From positions 13,578-77,577 of the IMG/VR virus record IMGVR_UViG_3300042352_001190: DNA of 64,000 nucleotides. One strand, written 5' to 3'. The position numbers and the translations under genes were made by a program. The notes under the pieces are model-generated. The model saw nothing but the letters and a program-made list of their open reading frames with translations, ran no database searches and had not been told where the DNA came from. Origin of the DNA: a virus (lineage: Duplodnaviria > Heunggongvirae > Uroviricota > Caudoviricetes). Below, piece by piece: positions 58,821 to 64,000 of this stretch (position 1 is the first letter of the stretch; every line of letters starts with the position of its first letter).

Positions 58821-60530
58821 TTATAGAGCGCCTGGTGCACCTACTTCAGATGCAGTTTCTTTTCCAGCTGCGGCTTCAGCACCTGCTCCACCTTCTGGGG
58901 CAGAACCTGCTTCAGGGGCAGCGCCGGCTGCAGCGGCTTCTCCAGCTTCACCCTCTCCAGTTGGAGTTTGGTTCATATAGTCCTTGTTTTTCAAAAGATC
59001 TTCATCACTCATTTTTAAATACTCTTTAACCAAGTATTCAGTAGAGAAGTAAGGCTTACCTTCATCATCAACAACTCCTTTAAGAGCGTTAAGTGTAGCA
59101 AGACGTTTGTTAAGTAGATCCTGTTGCTTGATTTCTTCAAATACGTTATCATCATGCCAGTTAATACCAACTGCATTTTTAAAACGATAATCGTCTTTTA
59201 AGTCTTTAAAATCAAGGCACATTTGAAGATATAAAGGCTTAGTTAAAAGCTCTTTAAAGGCTGAACGAAGACGAGTTACAAATTTATTATAACGAATCTC
59301 TTCACGACGAATACCTTCAGCATTCATTGTATATTGACCTGCACCATTTGCTGAATCCCATCTTGAATAAGGGATTTTAGAGTCCATTTTCAACTTCTCT
59401 TTAAAATAGTTAAGAAGTTCAGATCCTGACATGTTAGGACCTGCATATTCCAATGGAGCAATTTCAATTGCCTGGTTTTGGTCATTAACTGGTAAAATGT
59501 AATTCTTATAGAATAATAGGTTAGGACGACCATCTACTTGAATTTCTCCAGTATTAGTATCAAAGAAAATATCCTCTTTTAATTGGTTTGCAAATTCTCT
59601 AACATCTTCTTTTGCTTTATTTAGAGACTTACTTCCAATAGGAACTTTAGTAGTTAAACGAATTGGAGCATTCATTGTATGCCAAATAACTTTAGAGTGT
59701 TCAATAACACGCATTAAGTTAAATGATCTAACCATTCTTTCTACAAACGAAATACGCTTTGTTCTAAAGTGATTTGAATAAGATAAGTATAGAACTTGAG
59801 AATCAGTAAGGGTTCTTACTTTAGATTCGCCTGGAACTTTTTGTGCCCATTCTAAAAATATCTTTCCAAGAGAATCCTTTTTGATTTGTGGATATAGAGT
59901 AGATGGATCAATTTCTTTAAATCCAATAATTTCTCTTGGGTTTTGTAAATCATCATAGAGAATTTCAAAGGCCAAGTGACCTTCAATTAACCATTGATAA
60001 AAATACTGCCATGCAGAAATTCCTTCGTTGAAACCCCATGCATTGTAGATTTTCTCAAAATTTTCATTATATTTTTCAATAACTTTCTCTTGATACTTAA
60101 GACGCTGTTCTTTGTTTTTACCTTTATAAAGCATTTCTCCAACTAAATCATTGGGATATGCAAAACGGTTATCTTCGTCAAAAACAATAACATCATCTGT
60201 AATAGATTCAATAACAAATTCTATTTCACCATTAGATGCAAGATCTCTTAATCTTTCTCTTTTGGTTGCATAGTCTAATTGAAAAAATGCAATAGCTTTA
60301 GTCCTAAGGGCAGAAGTCGTATCTGAAATTGCCATAGTTGCTCTTGCTAAAGAGTCAGTTTGACCTCCAGGTAAAGCACTACCTCTAGCTTGCATTAGTT
60401 GACTTTCAATAAATCCAATTGATTGTGAGTTCTTAATTAAAAGATCCTCGTACTTCATACCAACTCGGCTTAAATCTGATAGTCTTGATTTAATTCCGCC
60501 TAAGCCGATATTGTCTAGAAATCCTGCCAT
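58821..60530 (-). CDS. portal vertex protein (T4 gp20-like)
   Basis: Block similarity to T4 gp20 recalled from memory: IESITDDVIVFDEDNRFA versus SEIVSDAIVYEDDTEVVA, and KIPYSRWDS...GIRREEIRYNKFVTRLRSAFKELL versus VPLSRIPQ...[24 protein letters not shown]. Acidic Ala/Gly/Glu C-terminal tail. Confidence 0.5.
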   Translation of the reverse strand: MAGFLDNIGLGGIKSRLSDLSRVGMKYEDLLIKNSQSIGFIESQLMQARGSALPGGQTDSLARATMAISDTTSALRTKAIAFFQLDYATKRERLRDLASNGEIEFVIESITDDVIVFDEDNRFAYPNDLVGEMLYKGKNKEQRLKYQEKVIEKYNENFEKIYNAWGFNEGISAWQYFYQWLIEGHLAFEILYDDLQNPREIIGFKEIDPSTLYPQIKKDSLGKIFLEWAQKVPGESKVRTLTDSQVLYLSYSNHFRTKRISFVERMVRSFNLMRVIEHSKVIWHTMNAPIRLTTKVPIGSKSLNKAKEDVREFANQLKEDIFFDTNTGEIQVDGRPNLLFYKNYILPVNDQNQAIEIAPLEYAGPNMSGSELLNYFKEKLKMDSKIPYSRWDSANGAGQYTMNAEGIRREEIRYNKFVTRLRSAFKELLTKPLYLQMCLDFKDLKDDYRFKNAVGINWHDDNVFEEIKQQDLLNKRLATLNALKGVVDDEGKPYFSTEYLVKEYLKMSDEDLLKNKDYMNQTPTGEGEAGEAAAAGAAPEAGSAPEGGAGAEAAAGKETASEVGAPGAL

Positions 60531-60532
60531 AA

Positions 60533-61198
60533 TTATGCGTTAAATTGTGATATTACTGAGTCCATGCTTAAAGATCTTGTCTGAATTCCATCAAAGATAT
60601 TGGTTTGAGCAATTCTAGGGGCCAGATGGAACGGAATAAGCGTAGGATTTGTAATATTTGCTTTTTGATATTTATTTACTGCGTAACGAATGTTAAATCT
60701 ACCTCCGCTCGCCTTTTGAAAAAGGTCAGCCATCATAAATGGTTCTGCATTGAATCTCATAAGTGGAGTATATTCAGGTAATTGATACAGCTTCCTGGTA
60801 TCACTTATAAACTCACCTTTATCACTATATGATTTACTTATAATATTATTAAAGGTCTGCCAGAGTATATTCAGGATAACCTGGGTCGACCCTACGGGCA
60901 TTACTTTAAGGTTTAGTATAGTAACATCTGCTAAATCATTAGATAGACAGATACCAATTGGGCGCTGATCGTAGTACGGGCGTTTAATTGGATAATTGGC
61001 CATTTCCCTAGCATCAAGATATTGATCTGCAGTTGGAATTTGCGAGTCATCTACTGGTTGTGCAAAAAATGTATAGATATGACCTGGAATAAAGATAGAT
61101 TCAGGTAAAGGCTGGATGCTACCAAAAAATGGGTCATCCATCTTTTCGCCTTTATTTCTAAAAAAATCTATTTGGTCACTAAATGTTGGCTTGATCAT
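60533..61198 (-). CDS. hypothetical protein
   Basis: ORF track; lies between the primase-side genes and the portal. Confidence 0.45.
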   Translation of the reverse strand: MIKPTFSDQIDFFRNKGEKMDDPFFGSIQPLPESIFIPGHIYTFFAQPVDDSQIPTADQYLDAREMANYPIKRPYYDQRPIGICLSNDLADVTILNLKVMPVGSTQVILNILWQTFNNIISKSYSDKGEFISDTRKLYQLPEYTPLMRFNAEPFMMADLFQKASGGRFNIRYAVNKYQKANITNPTLIPFHLAPRIAQTNIFDGIQTRSLSMDSVISQFNA

Positions 61199-61207
61199 CT
61201 TTATATT

Positions 61208-61720
61208 CTACAAACTTTTGAATAAGAAGTTTTCGGTAATAATACCGAACTTAATGCCCTTTTGCGCAGCATAGTCCCTAGCTGCTTCAAACTTAGCTTG
61301 ATTCATAATAAACTGCTTTGCAGCATAAACATAATTTGCAGTTTGTTTATCAGTCATTCGCTTTGGTTTGGTTGGAGGTGACACATATTTGTTTGGTTTA
61401 ATTTCAATTAACCAATTTTCTTCAGTTTCTCCAGGCCCAACCAATTTAACAAAAAAGTCAATATAGTAAATATGTCCGCGTTTGTCCATTGGATTATAGT
61501 ATGGAATACCAAACGGTTCAGACGAATATTTAAGAACGGATGGACTTGAATCTAACCATTTTAGGAATTTGTATTCCCAACTGGATCTATAGATGATTTG
61601 ACTTGGATCGCCCATATAGCGATCAGGTTGTTGAGGTCTAAAATAACCTTGCTTAACAGATCCTCCGACTCTTGGCTTAAGAAATGTTTTTATATTCTTC
61701 TTTTGATTAGGATCCTTCAT
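61208..61720 (-). CDS. hypothetical protein with a possible PD-(D/E)xK nuclease fold
   Basis: SEPFG ... YIDFFV ... WLIEIKP gives an E...D...ExK spacing. Weak. Confidence 0.3.
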   Translation of the reverse strand: MKDPNQKKNIKTFLKPRVGGSVKQGYFRPQQPDRYMGDPSQIIYRSSWEYKFLKWLDSSPSVLKYSSEPFGIPYYNPMDKRGHIYYIDFFVKLVGPGETEENWLIEIKPNKYVSPPTKPKRMTDKQTANYVYAAKQFIMNQAKFEAARDYAAQKGIKFGIITENFLFKSL

Positions 61721-61727
61721 ATAATAT

Positions 61728-62834
61728 TTATAGATAAACGATATCGTATACTGAATTACTAAAGTGCTTACCTATTAATTCCTGAAATTGTGTAATTGTA
61801 AGAGACGGATCCTGTTTATTTAAGAAAAGAAATAGGTCGTTAATATCTTTAATTTTTGATAATTTAATAATTTGAGTTGGAAATCTTTTCTTTAACTCTT
61901 CCATTAAACTATTCCATAAAAACACTGAATATCCATCTTTAATAAAAGCCAGCATTGAATCTTTACCAGCTTTATCACGGTCAAATATGATCTTAATATC
62001 AACGGCGCCCATTGACTTTAGAATAGATTTAGCTTTGGAAACTCCAGAGGTTGCCAAACCATTCTTTAAAAACATTGAGTCAATTTGACCTTCGGCTACC
62101 ATTAGGGGCTGAGTAAAGTCTACATTTAAGATATTAAAATAGTTATTGAGATAGTTTGCATCATCAATAATTTCTGGTGTATCTTTATTAGTAAAGATTT
62201 TAGAAACCTCATTATAGGATTTAATTAAGTATTTTCGATCAGTAAATGGATCTAAACTTCTAGTGGCAAGACCTAGGATTTTACCAGAGCGATGGTCAAA
62301 GTTAAAAATATAAACTTTATTATCCATTGCATCTGCATACATAATATCGCCAAAGTTTTGAACTTTAGTTAATCCTCTGGATTGAGCAAACTTATATGCA
62401 GCAGAATTTTCTGAAATTTGATCTAATCTTCTTAGCGAAAAACGGTTAATTACATCACTAATTGAAATCATACCCTTTCGGTTAGATGTTAAGAATCTAA
62501 CAAGATGATTTTCAGTAGTTTTTTTATAATTAACCTCAAGATCCTTTTCTTCTAAGAATAGAGAAGAGATAATTCCATATTGATTACTTAAACTTGCAAC
62601 AAACTCAGCAAGGCTCATCCATGCCATGCAACCATCGTTAAAGCACTTATAAGTTTTTGTTTCCATGTAGAGGTGACCTCTTTTTTTGGAAGCTTTAACT
62701 TTAGAGTCTCCACAGAATGGGCATGCAAAATTTAATTTGCCATCGCTCTCTTCAATAGTCTGCTTATCATGAATGCCAGGAAATCTGGCGCTCATGACAC
62801 TTTTTACAAACTTTGAAACCTCATTTATTTCCAT
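61728..62834 (-). CDS. DNA primase (T4 gp61-like: zinc ribbon plus Toprim)
   Basis: CPFCGDS...CFNDGC zinc-binding region. Toprim acidic motifs AEGQIDSMFL and IFDRDKAGKD. Confidence 0.75.
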   Translation of the reverse strand: MEINEVSKFVKSVMSARFPGIHDKQTIEESDGKLNFACPFCGDSKVKASKKRGHLYMETKTYKCFNDGCMAWMSLAEFVASLSNQYGIISSLFLEEKDLEVNYKKTTENHLVRFLTSNRKGMISISDVINRFSLRRLDQISENSAAYKFAQSRGLTKVQNFGDIMYADAMDNKVYIFNFDHRSGKILGLATRSLDPFTDRKYLIKSYNEVSKIFTNKDTPEIIDDANYLNNYFNILNVDFTQPLMVAEGQIDSMFLKNGLATSGVSKAKSILKSMGAVDIKIIFDRDKAGKDSMLAFIKDGYSVFLWNSLMEELKKRFPTQIIKLSKIKDINDLFLFLNKQDPSLTITQFQELIGKHFSNSVYDIVYL

Positions 62835-62839
62835 CTAGA

Positions 62840-64000
62840 TTAATCTTCTACTTCTTCTAGCTCGTCCTCTTCGACTACAACTGCTTTAGAAGCTTTCTTT
62901 TTCTTAATTTTATCAATATATTTAGTAAGCTCTGCTTCTGGAACAACCACTGTATTTAGGCCATATTTAGAAACAATACTTAAATATTGTGGCATCAATT
63001 GGGGCGGAATTGCTAGATCTGGATTTGCAATAAAATCTTGAAGAGCTTCTGGGACTAATGTATTTTCAAATGTTTCAGAATCTACAATATGGATAGGGAA
63101 ATCTTGGATTTCTTGACCCTTTTTAGGTTTATGCTTAACTACTTCGATTGCACGACGTAATTGTGGATTAATTTGAGGTAATCCCATTGCAAGAAGTAGT
63201 TTATTTAAAGGTTCACAAATCAAGCGAAAGAATTGTTGATCTTTATCCATCGGTAGGGCAAATTCAGTTGGATAAACTCCTGGAGAAAATGCAAAAATAT
63301 CAAATTCATATGGATTAGGTGCAGCATAATAGAATTTAACTTTACCGCTTATTACACGATTGTATTTCTTATTACCTGTTTCTTTTAGCATAAAATTATG
63401 ATATGATGCAGCTCGTGTATAGATTGGAACACCCTTATCTAATTTTAAAGGATGCTCGCTCTTAACATACTTATCATATGTACGAACAGAAAACGAGAAA
63501 CAAATATCATCGGGTGAAAGAGTTTCCATCTCAGCTCGTAAAGCTTGTAATTTAGGAATAAGCTCATCTTCAAGATCTAAGTCATAACCACGATCTAAGA
63601 AAAAGTCATATAGTTTTTCAAGGTGAGCTCTTGCCCAGATTGGATAAGAAGATTGAACCTTTTCAAGACCTTTTACAATTTGACTTTCTTTTTCTGCTAA
63701 TTCTTCAGCTGGATTGTCTTCATAACTTACCTTAAGGACGTATTTCTTTTTAGCACACCAAATTGCAGCTCTTGAAAGATTCTCCATTTCAAACTCTTGA
63801 CGATTATCAGTATTAAATGCAGTTGCATATTTTTGAAAGGCTGCTCTAAAATAACCGCTTAGTCTTTCGCGATTAATTGCCAAACAAAACTTAAGAGCTT
63901 CTGTATCAGTTAAGGAAAAACCTTCAATTGATTTAATTGCTGGATGAAAACTAACATAACATGAGTCTGTGTCAGTATAAATTGCAGCATCTTCTTTAAC
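62840..64000 (-). CDS. family B DNA polymerase, C-terminal part (runs off the window end)
   Basis: The reverse complement of 63884..64000 stays open and reads IYTDTDSCYVSF (motif C, YxDTDS). AKKKYVLKV (KKRY-type motif) is downstream. The real start is beyond 64000. Confidence 0.75.
   Translation of the reverse strand, partial: VKEDAAIYTDTDSCYVSFHPAIKSIEGFSLTDTEALKFCLAINRERLSGYFRAAFQKYATAFNTDNRQEFEMENLSRAAIWCAKKKYVLKVSYEDNPAEELAEKESQIVKGLEKVQSSYPIWARAHLEKLYDFFLDRGYDLDLEDELIPKLQALRAEMETLSPDDICFSFSVRTYDKYVKSEHPLKLDKGVPIYTRAASYHNFMLKETGNKKYNRVISGKVKFYYAAPNPYEFDIFAFSPGVYPTEFALPMDKDQQFFRLICEPLNKLLLAMGLPQINPQLRRAIEVVKHKPKKGQEIQDFPIHIVDSETFENTLVPEALQDFIANPDLAIPPQLMPQYLSIVSKYGLNTVVVPEAELTKYIDKIKKKKASKAVVVEEDELEEVED

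Overview
The window is AT-rich, gene-dense, and mostly + strand, with no integrase or transposase. It reads as part of a large virulent T4-like (probably jumbo) phage genome. T4-type genes include a two-subunit topoisomerase II (fused gp39/60 plus gp52) and, on the minus strand at the right end, a family-B DNA polymerase (partial), a gp61-like primase and a gp20-like portal. About 25 canonical tRNA genes cover all 20 amino acids. They are concentrated in an island at 20.7-24.2 kb, with outliers at 25.8, 27.0, 31.2, 37.5, 37.8, 38.4 and 41.8 kb. A ClpP gene sits inside the tRNA island, and a ClpA/C-like unfoldase with an IGF loop lies 30 kb away. Metabolic genes include thymidylate synthase, PRPP synthetase (Prs), a MazG-like pyrophosphatase, a HAD-NMNAT fusion, an IMPDH/GMP-reductase-like protein, thioredoxin, methylglyoxal synthase and S-adenosylmethionine decarboxylase. 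At least five peptidoglycan-active enzymes are encoded. The host is inferred to be a Bacteroidota member because one secreted protein ends in a T9SS type-A C-terminal sorting domain, and several cargo-like proteins have signal peptides, a C-type lectin domain, or cohesin/dockerin-like modules. Candidate systems worth a second look: (1) a translationally coupled RNA-repair cassette of a 2H-like protein, a polynucleotide kinase and an RNA ligase with an N-terminal tRNA-binding OB domain; (2) a CsgG-like secretion-channel operon with a huge Gly/Ser/Asn-rich secreted protein, a small secreted protein and a C-type lectin; (3) a ~1 kb ORF-free, GC-elevated structured region between tRNAs, with a phage promoter motif upstream and the initiator tRNA plus a terminator downstream, which is a candidate large ncRNA; (4) two atypical tRNA-like elements. 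A recurring TTAGTATAATA promoter-like motif and many rho-independent terminators punctuate the region. All calls are from reading the sequence; no database searches were run.
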